This document shows, in pieces, positions 7,879 through 18,100 of a DNA stretch of 63,515 bases. Location of the stretch: positions 1 through 63,515 of the forward strand of contig DATLFM010000035.1 in the NCBI GenBank assembly GCA_035541015.1. The letters run 5' to 3'. Position numbers and translations under genes: made by a program. Position 1 is the stretch's first letter; each line of letters begins with the position of its first letter. The stretch comes from Thermoplasmatota archaeon (GTDB lineage Archaea > Thermoplasmatota > SW-10-69-26 > JACQPN01 > JAIVGT01). The notes beneath the pieces are model-generated. The model searched no databases and was not told the origin of the DNA. It saw nothing but the letters and a program-made list of their open reading frames with translations.

Positions 7879-10800
7879 ATGGTCAAAACTTTTAATAGCG
7901 AACAGACGGAGCCTGGGGCGGCTCCGACGGAGTTGGGAGGAACTCGGTCGAAGCGGGCTGACAGGGTGGGAGTTGAGTTCCCCGTGGGGGAAGCGGTCGA
8001 AGGCACAGAACCCTTCCGAGGACACGTTGGCGTGTTCCTTCTCGTTGCGTTGGCAGCCCTCGCGCTGCTCGTCCTTCTGATCGTCGGCTCGGCGCAGGCC
8101 GGGCACGCCCCCGCCGTTTCGAACGTGACCGCCATGGAATTCCTCGTGAACCAGGCCGCGACGATGCACGTCGTCGTCACGAACGTCCAAAACGACGGCG
8201 GTGCGCCGCCGCTTGGCCTCAACGAGACGACGGTGTTCGCTCCGCCGGGCATCCACTTCAGCACGGTGGGCCAGGAGCACCAAGGACCCTCCGGCTGGAG
8301 CGTTTCGGCGCGCTCGGACCGGGTGCGGTTTTCCGCCCCCGTCGGAAGCTCGGGGCTTGCAGGCGGCCAATCGACCACGCTTGCGCTTCGTGTCGCCCAC
8401 ATCGACGCGCGCCCCCAGGACGGAACGGCCAATCTCACGATCGAGACGCAAAGCCCCGCCCTCGACCGCATCCGGTCGGACCTCCCGCTCTCGCTGCGCG
8501 TCCTTTCCGCCACCCTCTTGGTCGTCGAGCCGGCCGGTGCGCGCGACCTCGTGGCCTCCAACGGCACGACGGTGACCCTGCGTCTGGCCGTGAAGAGCCA
8601 CGCGTCCGTGGCCCTGTCCTCGGTGCAGGCGAACCTCACGGTGCGCATGAGCGACCGCTTCATCGACAACACGACGTCGCCCGTCCCCGTCGCGGCGGCG
8701 ATTGCGCCCAACGACACGGTCTTCTTCTCCTTCAACCTCAGGCTCGACCCCCGCAACGGCACGCGCGCCCTCGTGGGATCGGCCTTCCAGGGCAACGCCA
8801 CGACCGGACCCTTCAACGGCACGCTTGCGCTGCACGTCGTCTCGCCGGCCGTCCTTCGCCTTCCCGCCAACAACGCCTCCAACACGACCTGGCAGGCCAT
8901 CAGCAACGGCACGCTTCCGGACGTGCAACGGGCCACGGACCTTTGGGTCCGGCTGGAGAACCCCGGCGACGCCGACGTCGTGCTCGGGGCGCCGCGGCTT
9001 CGGCTCCTGCGCGCCGGCGCCGGCGGCAGCGAGGATCTAAGCGACCGCTTCACGATCCAGCGGATCGACACCACCGACCGCGTTGCGGGCCGGAGCAACG
9101 TCACGCTGCTCTGGAACGTGACCGCGCTGCGGACGCTTGCCTTCGAGGGCGAGATCGACGCCGAGCTGCGGGTGCCCTGGGGCGACGCAAACCTGGACCT
9201 CACGCCCAACACGCTTGCGCCCGCGCCGCTGCGCGGCGTGTTCCTCGCGGACCTCTCGCCTCCGCGCGTCACGAGCCTCTCGGTCCTGCCGTCAGGCCAG
9301 GCGTGGACCGTCGACGGCAACAACGTGACGATCTACGCCACGTTCGACGACGTGTCGCGCGACCGCGGCTTTGTCGCCTACGCCAACGTCTCGAGGACCT
9401 TCCACAACGGGACGGTCTGGGAAACGGGCCCCATGAACCGGACGGGGGACCTCTTCTGGTTCAACTTCTCCACGAACCTCACCTTCCTCAACGCGACGTT
9501 CCTGCCCTCGCGCTTTGACGCCTCGTTCCCGAACCACACGGAGTTCGTGGGCGCCTGGAACGCCCGCGTGGAGGGCGTCGACGGAGCGGGCTTCCGCGCC
9601 TTCTCGGAGATGGCAAGCTTCCACATCCAGGACGGAGTCCCGCCGCAGATCGCCAACGTCAACGTCACGCCGCGGACGCAGCCGCACGTGCCCGGCACGA
9701 CCGTCAACCTCTCGGCGGAGGTCTTCGACAACATCCGCGTCGCCGCCGTTCGCGCCACCGTCACGCGAAGCGTCCCCTCCGAGCCCGAGCCCATCGTCGT
9801 CCTCGACGACGCGCCCATGCGCCCCCTTGCGGTCGACGCAAACCAGGGCGGCACCTACACGCTCGTGGCCCCGTTCCCGCCGGGCGAGCTCACCCTTCGC
9901 GTGACCGCCGTGGACGGGTCGGGCACGTCCAACCTGAGCGCGCCCTTCTCTTTCTCGATCGTCGACACGAACCCGCCTTCGATCGGGCGCGTCCGCCTCG
10001 ACGGCGTCGAGCGCCTGGCCGCAAGCTCCACCCGCACGATCCACCTCACGGTCGAGGCCTCCGACGACGACGCCGTGCATCACGTGGACATCGTCGTTCG
10101 CGACCTCCACACGCGGCGCTCCGTGGCCGTCGACGCAAACGCGACGCTGCGCGCCGACGGCACCTACGTGACGCGGCTCTCCCGCGGCGAGGGCAGCGTC
10201 TTCGAGCGGCGCGGCCCGCTTCCGCTTCCCGAAGGAAGCTACGAGATCCAGGCGACCGCTTTCGACTGGAACCTCAACGCCCGAAGCTCCCCCCCCGCGG
10301 GCGACTGGCAACTGTTCGTCGACAACACGCCGCCGCGCCGCCCGGAGCTCATCGCGCCCGCCGACGGCGCCATTCTCACGGCGCGGCCGACCCTGTCCTG
10401 GACGCACGTGGGCGGCCTCGATCGGGAGGCAACGGACGGCTACCACGTGATGCTCGACACGACCCCCGAGGGGGGCTCGCCAAACGCCCGCCGGATGGAG
10501 GTGCGAGGCGCAACCGAGGTCGCGGTGGACCTTCCCGACGGGATCTGGCACTGGCGGGTCGTCGCCTTCGACCTCGCGGGCAACGAGAACGCGACGGGCG
10601 TGCGCTCCTTCACGATCGACTCGAGCGCGCCGGTCCTTCGCACCCGGCCGGCCTCCGGGGGCTTCGTGCGGACGGGCGGCTCGGTCGTGGTCGAGGCGCA
10701 GGACCTCACGCTCTCCCGGCTCACCGTGACAAGCGGCGGCGTCGTCCTGTACAGCGGCCAGGAGCCGCTTGTCACGGTCGACACCCTGACCTGGACCTCG

Positions 10801-11538
10801 GGCCGGCGCACGATCGAGATCGACGCGGTCGACGAGGCCGGCAACGCGGCGCGACAGGTCGCCGAGTTCCAGATCGACAACCAGCCGCCTCGCACGAGCC
10901 TGGCCACGCCGCCGCGCGCGGTCGCCTCCCCGCTTTCGATTCCGCTGACGGCCTCTGACGACCGCAGCGGCGTGCGCGCCGTGTGGGTCTCCGTGAACGG
11001 TAGCGCGTTTGCGCCCCTGGAGCTCCTGCATCTCAACCAAAGCGGCCGCTACGAGGTTTCCTACTACGCGGAGGACGGCGCCGGCAACGCCGAGGCGCCT
11101 CGCAACTTCACGGTGGTCGTCGACTTCGACGCTCCCCGTCTCGAGCCGCCCGCCGGAGGCCGGCCTTCGCGCGCGGCCGTCGGCGAGCCGTTTGCGATCG
11201 CCGTCCGCGCCACGGACCTCTCGCTGCGCGAGGTGACCGCCCGCGTGACGGTGGACGGCCGCGAGGTCGCGCGACTGGTCCTCCAACCCGAGGGCCGAAC
11301 GGGCGTGCACTCCGCCTCCTACGCGCCCACGCGCGAAGGCCTCCACCAAATCCGGCTCGAGGCGACCGACGAAGCCGGCAACGTGGGGACGCAGACCTTC
11401 GAGGTGTCCGTGGGCAACCCGCTGTGGACGCTGCTTGCCGTGGGAGCGCTTGCGGGAGCGGTCGCCATCGTGGCGCTTGCCGTCTGGGCGCGCCGGCGCC
11501 GGCTGCGCGAGGAGGAAGAGGAGGAGCTTTCCCGATGA
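7879..11538 (+). CDS. Surface glycoprotein candidate (1219 aa): Ig/Fn3-like module array, C-terminal TM, poly-Arg then poly-Glu tail
   Basis: The ATG at 7879 was chosen over the ORF-track start 7798 because of the TATA position. An N-terminal TM/signal-anchor GVFLLVALAALALLVLLIVGSAQA is present. 31 of about 55 Asn residues sit in N-x-S/T sequons (my count). There are several D-x-AGN modules. It ends LWTLLAVGALAGAVAIVALAVWARRRRLREEEEEELSR*. Confidence 0.75.
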   Translation: MVKTFNSEQTEPGAAPTELGGTRSKRADRVGVEFPVGEAVEGTEPFRGHVGVFLLVALAALALLVLLIVGSAQAGHAPAVSNVTAMEFLVNQAATMHVVVTNVQNDGGAPPLGLNETTVFAPPGIHFSTVGQEHQGPSGWSVSARSDRVRFSAPVGSSGLAGGQSTTLALRVAHIDARPQDGTANLTIETQSPALDRIRSDLPLSLRVLSATLLVVEPAGARDLVASNGTTVTLRLAVKSHASVALSSVQANLTVRMSDRFIDNTTSPVPVAAAIAPNDTVFFSFNLRLDPRNGTRALVGSAFQGNATTGPFNGTLALHVVSPAVLRLPANNASNTTWQAISNGTLPDVQRATDLWVRLENPGDADVVLGAPRLRLLRAGAGGSEDLSDRFTIQRIDTTDRVAGRSNVTLLWNVTALRTLAFEGEIDAELRVPWGDANLDLTPNTLAPAPLRGVFLADLSPPRVTSLSVLPSGQAWTVDGNNVTIYATFDDVSRDRGFVAYANVSRTFHNGTVWETGPMNRTGDLFWFNFSTNLTFLNATFLPSRFDASFPNHTEFVGAWNARVEGVDGAGFRAFSEMASFHIQDGVPPQIANVNVTPRTQPHVPGTTVNLSAEVFDNIRVAAVRATVTRSVPSEPEPIVVLDDAPMRPLAVDANQGGTYTLVAPFPPGELTLRVTAVDGSGTSNLSAPFSFSIVDTNPPSIGRVRLDGVERLAASSTRTIHLTVEASDDDAVHHVDIVVRDLHTRRSVAVDANATLRADGTYVTRLSRGEGSVFERRGPLPLPEGSYEIQATAFDWNLNARSSPPAGDWQLFVDNTPPRRPELIAPADGAILTARPTLSWTHVGGLDREATDGYHVMLDTTPEGGSPNARRMEVRGATEVAVDLPDGIWHWRVVAFDLAGNENATGVRSFTIDSSAPVLRTRPASGGFVRTGGSVVVEAQDLTLSRLTVTSGGVVLYSGQEPLVTVDTLTWTSGRRTIEIDAVDEAGNAARQVAEFQIDNQPPRTSLATPPRAVASPLSIPLTASDDRSGVRAVWVSVNGSAFAPLELLHLNQSGRYEVSYYAEDGAGNAEAPRNFTVVVDFDAPRLEPPAGGRPSRAAVGEPFAIAVRATDLSLREVTARVTVDGREVARLVLQPEGRTGVHSASYAPTREGLHQIRLEATDEAGNVGTQTFEVSVGNPLWTLLAVGALAGAVAIVALAVWARRRRLREEEEEELSR
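11518..11526 (+). promoter_or_regulatory. SD-like GAGGAGGAG for ATG 11535
   Basis: Formed by the poly-Glu (GAG) codons of the upstream tail. GGAGG at 11520-11524 lies 10 nt before the ATG. Confidence 0.45.
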
Positions 11539-14500
11539 ACCTCGTGGTCCTCGCCCCCCTCGCCCTCGCGCTTGTTCTGCTGGCGGCCGGCTGCGCGCTT
11601 GCGTCGCACGCCTCCGACGCGCGCCTCTCGAACGTCGAGGGCGCAAGGAGCACGCCCGCCGGTTGGTTCGCCGGAAACCCTGCGGCGCTTTCGCACACCT
11701 TCGTCGTGCACAACAACGCCTCCTCAACGCACGGCATCGTCCGCGTGACGATCTCCGTCCCTCGCATCCAGGGATTGCCGCCCTTGGAGATCACGGGCGC
11801 GGAAAGCGACTGGGCGGTGACCGTCTGGTCGCAGGAGTTCGACGGCCGCAACGATACGGTCCAGTTCACGGCACCCTTTGGGCTGCGCATCGCGCCGGGA
11901 GGCCACAAGAACTTCACCGTCGGGGCAACCACGCAGCGCGAAGGCGGCTTCGCCTGGTCGGTCTTCACGCGCGACGACGCACTCGACCCGGAGGAGAACG
12001 CCGCCGCCGTGCGCCTGCCGGGAACGCTCGTCTCCGGGCTCGACGTTTCGGCGCCGGCGGTCACCATCCTGCAACCGCCGCCGGGCGCCAGCGTCAACGT
12101 CGACGTGCTCAACGTTTCCGGCGTCGTGCACGACAGTCCGGGCGTGGGCGTGCAAGGTTCGGGCGTGGTCGACGCGCGGCTGCGCCTTGAGAGCGTCTCC
12201 AGCGGGGCCGTGGTCGCGGAGCGCAACCTCACGCTTGCGGCCGACGGGTCGTGGAACGTTTCCATCAACGCCACCTTCGCGCAGGGCGAGTATCGGCTTC
12301 GCGTGAACGCGACCGACGCCGTCGGCAACGCGGCGCTGCGCACGCAGGCCTGGACGCTCGACCGCGCGCGTCCCTCCTCGCGGTTCACGACGCCCGAATG
12401 GATCACGGGGAGCGAGGCCGTGCTGGCGTGGAGCGCCTCCGGAGCCGGGCCGTCGGCCACCTTCCGCCTCTTCGAGTTCCAAGGCGAGGACCCTGCGCCG
12501 CTTGCCGGCCTCGCCTGGGCCCTTTGGCGCAACGAAACCCTCGACGCCGGCAACACGAGCCGCTTCCCGACGCTTGCGATCGACGCCTTCGGACGCCCGC
12601 ATGCCGCTTGGTCCCGGCCCGAGGGTCTCCGCTACGCGCGCGACGACGGCGCCGGGTGGGTCGCGTCGCCCGTTCCCGTGGAGGGCCTGGCACGCGCGCC
12701 CCGCCTGGCCGTGGACGCGGCGGGGCGCCCCCACCTGTGCCACCGCACGGAGGAGGCGGCAGGCGGCGATCCTCGGCTTGAGTACACCCAATGGAACGGG
12801 ACGGCCTGGCGCACGGAGCGCGTGGCCGACGAGGGCGCCCGTTGCGACATCCGGCTTTCCGTCGACGGCGCGGTCACGATCCTCTTCACCAACACCAGCA
12901 GCGGCAACCTGACCGTGGCCGTCCGGGGAACCGCCGGGTGGACGCTTTCGACCCTTGATTGCTGCGACCTCACGGGCGCGCTTGCCGTGGCGCCCGACGG
13001 CACGGCGCACGTGGCCTACCGCAAGGGCGACCTTCGCCACGCCGTCGGGAACGCCTCCGGCGGGTGGGCGACCGCGCCCGTCGACGCCACCTCCGGCAAC
13101 GCGAGCCTCGCCGTGGACTCGCACGGGCGCCCGCACCTTGTCTACCGCACGCCCGACGGGATCTTGCGCCTCGCGCGCCACAACGGCACGGCCTGGACGC
13201 TCCTGACGGTCGAGCGCGACACGTCGGCGAGCCTTCGCGCCGCCATCGCGATCGACGCTCAAAACCGCCCCCACGTCGCGTTCCGCGAGGTCGTCTCGGG
13301 CGACCCGGACGCGGCACACACGGGTCTTCTGCGCTACGCGACGACCCGCGCGGACGGAACGTTCTCGGTCGGCGACGTGGAAGACGGCGCGTTTGCCAAC
13401 CTCACGCTTGCGATCGATGGGCACGGCCGCCCGCGCATCCTCGTCGTGCGCGACGCAGGTTCCCAGGGCGGGCGTGTGCAGGCCCTCGAGCCCCACGCGA
13501 CCTCGCAGACGTCGCTTCGCCTGATCGACCTTCGCCACGGGGACGACCGCCGCTTCCGCGTGATCGCCACGGACGCGGCCGGCAACGAGGAGATCAAGAG
13601 CGGACCCTTCGACCCGGCCAAGGGAGACCTCCGCCTGCGCGTCGACCAGGCCGCCCCCACGATCGAGCGCGTCACCCTCTCGCCGCTCTCGGTCCGTCCC
13701 GGCGCCACGGTCCGCCTCTCGCTTGCCGCCGGCGATTCCGGCGCGGGTCTTGCCAGCCTCGCGCTTCGCATCGTCCGCGTGGGGGCCCTGGATCGCGTGA
13801 TGCTCCAAACGCCCGTTGCCGTGGCCGCCGACGGCTCGGCAAGCCACGCGTGGAACACGACGGGCGTGCCGGAAGGCGAGTATGCGTTCGAGCTTGTCGC
13901 CCACGACCTCGCCGGAAACCGGAACGCCACGGTCGTTCCCTCCCGCGTCGACGTCGACGCGTCGGTCACGACCGCCGTGGCGCTCGATCCGCTGTACGCG
14001 GGGGGCCTGCGCGCGCTTGCCCCCGGCCGCGCGGTGCTCCTTCGCGTCGAGGCCTTCGACCGCAACGGAATCGCCTCGGTCGTCGCCAACGCCTCCGCGT
14101 TGGACCGCTCGGCCGTCGCCCTGGCGCTGCGGGACGACGGCGCGGACGACGTCCAGGCCGGCGACGGGGTCTATTCGGCGCGCGTCGTGGCCGGCCACGT
14201 GCCCGACGGGGCGTACCTCCTTCCCGTCCGCGTAACCGACGGCATGGGCAACGAGCGCACGGTCCGCGTGCGCGTCGTCGTGGCGACGACGCCGCCCTCG
14301 CTCGTCGCCCTGGGGCCCTTTGGGACCGCCGGCAGCCCCTTCGTGATCGAGCTTGCCGCCTCCTCCCCGGCGGGCATCGACGTCGCGAGCTTCTCCGTGC
14401 GCCTCGACGGCGAGGAGGCCGGGGAGAGCTTCGCCGTTCGGGTGGACGGACCAAACGTGACGTTCCGCAGCGAGCCCATCGCGCAGGCCGAGCGCATCCA

Positions 14501-15158
14501 AGTACGTGCGCAGGTCGCCGACGTGGCCGGGAACGTGGCGTATCGCAACTGGAGCTTCTTTGCGGACGGCCAGGGGCCGGATCTTTCCGTGTCCCTGCGC
14601 GGCGAGGCCGGCCGCGCGCCGTGGTGGCGCTCCGCCGTGGCCATCGACGTGGAGGCCCACGACGTTTCGGCGCCCGTCTCCGTCGAGGTGCGCGTCGGGG
14701 AGGGACCCTTCCGGCCGTACGAGGAGTCCGTCCTGCTCGAATCCGAGGGACGCCACCGCCTCGTGGCGGTCGCGACCGACGGATGGGGCAACGAGAACGC
14801 GACCACGGTCGAGATCCACGTGGACCGCTCGCCCCCGCGCGTCCTGTCGGTCCGCCGCGAAGGTGCCGAGATCGTCGCCGACCTCTCCGACGCGCTCTCC
14901 GGCGTCGTGGCCGCGCGCGGCGTCGCGCTCGTCGAAGGCCGCGAGGTCGAGTTCGCGTTCCGACCCGCGCGCGGCGTCTACGTGGCGGACGCTTCCGCGT
15001 TGCCGGCTTCCTTCTCGGGGACGATCGTGGTCCTGGACGCGGCCGGCAACGAGGCGCGCCAGGAGTTCGCAATCGGCGGCTTTTCCCTTCCGGGCCTTGA
15101 GGCCTTGGCGGCGGCAGGCGCCTTGGCGATCGCGGTGCGCCGGAGGTGGTCCGCATGA
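11535..15158 (+). CDS. Surface (lipo)protein candidate (1207 aa): 7-blade beta-propeller plus Ig-like modules, PGF-CTERM-like tail (LPGLE)
   Basis: ATG 11535 overlaps the upstream TGA (ATGA). The N-terminus MNLVVLAPLALALVLLAAGCALAS contains a lipobox-like LAAGC. Seven blades are recognisable: GRPHAAWSRPEGLRYARDDGAGW, GRPHLCHRTEE, GTAHVAYRKGDLRHA, GRPHLVYRTPDGILRLARHNGTAW, NRPHVAFREV, GRPRILVVRD and others. It ends LPGLEALAAAGALAIAVRRRWSA*. Confidence 0.8.
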   Translation: MNLVVLAPLALALVLLAAGCALASHASDARLSNVEGARSTPAGWFAGNPAALSHTFVVHNNASSTHGIVRVTISVPRIQGLPPLEITGAESDWAVTVWSQEFDGRNDTVQFTAPFGLRIAPGGHKNFTVGATTQREGGFAWSVFTRDDALDPEENAAAVRLPGTLVSGLDVSAPAVTILQPPPGASVNVDVLNVSGVVHDSPGVGVQGSGVVDARLRLESVSSGAVVAERNLTLAADGSWNVSINATFAQGEYRLRVNATDAVGNAALRTQAWTLDRARPSSRFTTPEWITGSEAVLAWSASGAGPSATFRLFEFQGEDPAPLAGLAWALWRNETLDAGNTSRFPTLAIDAFGRPHAAWSRPEGLRYARDDGAGWVASPVPVEGLARAPRLAVDAAGRPHLCHRTEEAAGGDPRLEYTQWNGTAWRTERVADEGARCDIRLSVDGAVTILFTNTSSGNLTVAVRGTAGWTLSTLDCCDLTGALAVAPDGTAHVAYRKGDLRHAVGNASGGWATAPVDATSGNASLAVDSHGRPHLVYRTPDGILRLARHNGTAWTLLTVERDTSASLRAAIAIDAQNRPHVAFREVVSGDPDAAHTGLLRYATTRADGTFSVGDVEDGAFANLTLAIDGHGRPRILVVRDAGSQGGRVQALEPHATSQTSLRLIDLRHGDDRRFRVIATDAAGNEEIKSGPFDPAKGDLRLRVDQAAPTIERVTLSPLSVRPGATVRLSLAAGDSGAGLASLALRIVRVGALDRVMLQTPVAVAADGSASHAWNTTGVPEGEYAFELVAHDLAGNRNATVVPSRVDVDASVTTAVALDPLYAGGLRALAPGRAVLLRVEAFDRNGIASVVANASALDRSAVALALRDDGADDVQAGDGVYSARVVAGHVPDGAYLLPVRVTDGMGNERTVRVRVVVATTPPSLVALGPFGTAGSPFVIELAASSPAGIDVASFSVRLDGEEAGESFAVRVDGPNVTFRSEPIAQAERIQVRAQVADVAGNVAYRNWSFFADGQGPDLSVSLRGEAGRAPWWRSAVAIDVEAHDVSAPVSVEVRVGEGPFRPYEESVLLESEGRHRLVAVATDGWGNENATTVEIHVDRSPPRVLSVRREGAEIVADLSDALSGVVAARGVALVEGREVEFAFRPARGVYVADASALPASFSGTIVVLDAAGNEARQEFAIGGFSLPGLEALAAAGALAIAVRRRWSA
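15142..15146 (+). promoter_or_regulatory. SD GGAGG for ATG 15155
   Basis: Lies inside CGG-AGG-TGG (R-R-W) of the upstream tail, 8 nt before the ATG. Confidence 0.55.
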
Positions 15159-18100
15159 GCGCGCGTCCGCCCGGGGAAGGAGCGTTCCATAACCGTATTA
15201 TAAAGAACAGGGCGGGAAAAAGGCCGTTGCACGCCCCGTCGTCCGTAGCCCGGCCCAGGCGGAAGACTCGCGGTTCCAACGGTGCCGCCCGCAGGAGCCT
15301 GGCCTTGGTGCTTCTGCTCGTCGTCCCCACCCTTCTCTCGGGTGCCCAGGGCGTTCCCGTTCCCCCATCCGCATCGCAAGCGGTCGCCGGAACGTCGCCT
15401 GCGGAGAGCGCCTTGGCGACAAGCCCGGTCGGGCAAGGCGCCCTGCCCTTCGAGGTCGGCGCGCCGGGACTTGCCGGACCGGACCTTCTCGAGCTTCTGA
15501 CGGGGCAACAGCTTCGGCTGGGCGATCTTGCCGAGCTTGAGACGCGCCTGCGCGGGCTTCCCAACCGCAAGGCGCCCACGATCGACGAGATCCTGGACGC
15601 GACGGTCCGCACCCTGGGCGTTCCCGCGGCGCCGGTGGAGCCCGTGCCGACGCCCTGCACCTCCCTTCCGCTGCGCATCGCGCTCTACGCCTACGCCGAC
15701 ACGGTGGGCCTGCCGCTTCCGCCCGAGACCGAGGCGGAACTGGCGCGCGCCGATCAGCTCCCGTTGGAGCTGCAGTGCTCGGTCGCTCAGGTGCTCGCAG
15801 CCATGGCCGAGGCGGCGCGCCTGCACGCGCGGGCCGTCGCGTGCATTCCCCCGCACGAGCAGGCCTTCCTTCGCGACCACTGGAGCGAGCTTTCCTTCGC
15901 CAGCGCCGACGCCCCGACGCCCATCCAGCAGCGCCTCCTGGCCGCCGCCGGCTGCGTGGACTTGCAATCCCTGCTGCAGGCGGCGCAAACGGTGGCCGGG
16001 GCCGCGCAGGCGGCGATCCCCGTCTTGACCCGCTACGACGCGGCGGGACTCCCCCTTCCGGACGCCGAAGCGTTGGCCGCGGGTCGCAGCGCCACGGGCC
16101 TCCTGGCCGAGCTCCTCCGGGTCGCCGGGCTTTCGATCCCGCCTCCCTTCGCGCGCGAGCTGCACCCGAGCGATCCCCTCCGCGCGGCCGCGGCGGACCT
16201 CGCCTCGGCGCTCAACGTCCCCGCCCCCTCGATGCCGCCCCAGGCCCGCGAGATCCACCGCGAGGTCGCTGCCTCGGTCGCCTTCGTCGTCCACGCGCAC
16301 GCGGACGTCGTCCGCTGCGCCACGCGCCTGTGCCCGCCCTCCGAGTTGTGGAAGGCCGCCTTCTCGCTCGCGTCGGCCGCAAGCCAGGTCAGCTCGACCC
16401 TGCGCTTCCGCAACATCGTCGAGGAGTTCCAGTTCCGGCAGGCCGAGCAGATGCGAACGGCCTCGCCCATCGCCTTCGAGCCCGTCTTCGGACAGGAGCC
16501 CCTGGTCGACGCCGTGTCGCAGTGGCTGTGCGCGACGCGCGCCTGCCCGTCGCCGGCGGAGATCGAATCCATGCGGGCGTACACGTCGGCGATGCCGCGA
16601 GACGTCGAGCTTCCCTCGGCGCGCCTCGTGCTCGCCCTCGTCGAGGCCGAGCAGCTGCGTGCGAAGGCCACCTCGTCGATCTCGCCGATGGACCTCGTGC
16701 GGCTGAGCGCGGAGACGCGGGGGACCTACGTGGCCCTACTGGCAGGCGCCCCGACCGAGAAGGTGCCGCCGTCGACGTCCTCCTCCTCCTCCTCGTCCTC
16801 CTCCTCGACGCCGCCGTCTGGAACGCCGGTGCCGTTGCGGACCGAGGACGACGTGGACGCGGCGCGCGAGATCGCGCAGATCCTCGACAAGGTCGACTGG
16901 GGCCTCCTGCACTCGGTCGCGCGCATGGTCCTGGACGAAGTCCGGCGCGCCGGCGACGCGCTCGCCGGCAAGAGCCTGTCGCCCCAGCAGGCCGGCTCGC
17001 AAGGCTCGCAGCCGTGCGGGCCGTTCTCGCAGCGCGTGGACCTCCGGCAGAATCCGGACGGATCCTGGACCTTCTGGGCGGACACGCGCATGGACTGCCG
17101 GCGCGACAACGAGGTCACGACGCCGCGGGTGCCCAAGACCGCGCAGACGGCCGACGGACGCTGGATCGTCTACGACGACCGGAACGGCAACGGCCACCCC
17201 GACGAGGGCGAGGTCCTTCTCGACACGCGCCTTGTGGCCAACCCGAACTACCTCTTCCAGCCCACGGCAAACGACGTCGTCTTCATGGACCCCACGGGCT
17301 CGATCGTCGTGACCGGCACGGGACGCTCGATCATGGCGGCGCCGTTCTTCAACGGCAACCCCCGCCAGGCGCTCGTGCTCTCCTTGGGCGGCGACGACCT
17401 GTGGCTCAACAACGCCGGGGGCAGCGCCGCGGCGCCCACGGTGACAAGCGGCGAGGTCGTCACGACCCTGGACCCGCAGGACGCCTTCATGAACGCGAGC
17501 GCCTCGCTTGCGCGGTTCAACGCCTTCTTCAGCGGCGTGGTGGGCGCGCTCGTTCCCGGCACGCGGGTCTCGTCGCAGGACGGCACTCGCCTCTCGCCGT
17601 CCGCGGGCAATCCTCTTGCCGCCAATCCCTTTGGCGCCTTCGCGGTGGCGGCCGCCGTGATGGCCGATCCTCAGCGGGTCAACCGGGGCCTCCTCGAGCT
17701 CCACCCGGCCAACGTCACGCCGCAGGTCCACTTCACGGTCGCCGTGGCGCTCGACGTGGGGGGCAACGACCGCTACCTCTCCTCCGAGCCCTTCACGCAG
17801 GGCGCCGCGGGATTCTTCAACGTCGGCGTTCTCCTCGACCGCGAAGGCAACGACCACTACGTCGCGAACAACCTCTCGCAGGGCGTCGGCGTCACGGGCG
17901 GCATCGGAATCCTGGTCGACGTCAACGGCAAGGATCGCTACGCGGCGGGCGAGGCCTCGCAGGGCTTTGGGCTCGTGGGCGGCATGGGTCTCCTCACGGA
18001 CCTCTCGCAGCAGGACCGCTACGAGATCCGCTCGTTTGGCCAGGGAACCGCCATGGGCCTTGGCTCGATCGGCGTTCTCGCCGACCTGGGAAGGGACGAG

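Noticed and set aside
10289-10296. Homopolymer tracts inside coding sequence: C8 at 10289-10296, and G7 at 42124-42130, 47482-47488 and 50354-50360. The last lies just before the TM/DUF4129 part. I considered them as phase-variation switches.
   Set aside because: Runs of 7-8 G or C encoding Pro/Gly are expected by chance in 50 kb of 70% GC sequence. There is no evidence of frameshifted alternative products. Read-level heterogeneity would be needed to revive this idea.
15281-15350. Twin-arginine (Tat) signals. RR occurs in the n-regions of several signal peptides (RRSLALV, RRLRAVF, GRRAAVA, VRRAALA).
   Set aside because: None matches the fuller S/T-R-R-x-F-L-K pattern. Export of folded 1,400-4,500-aa proteins by Tat seems implausible. 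RR is common in any basic n-region at this GC content. This cannot be decided from sequence alone.
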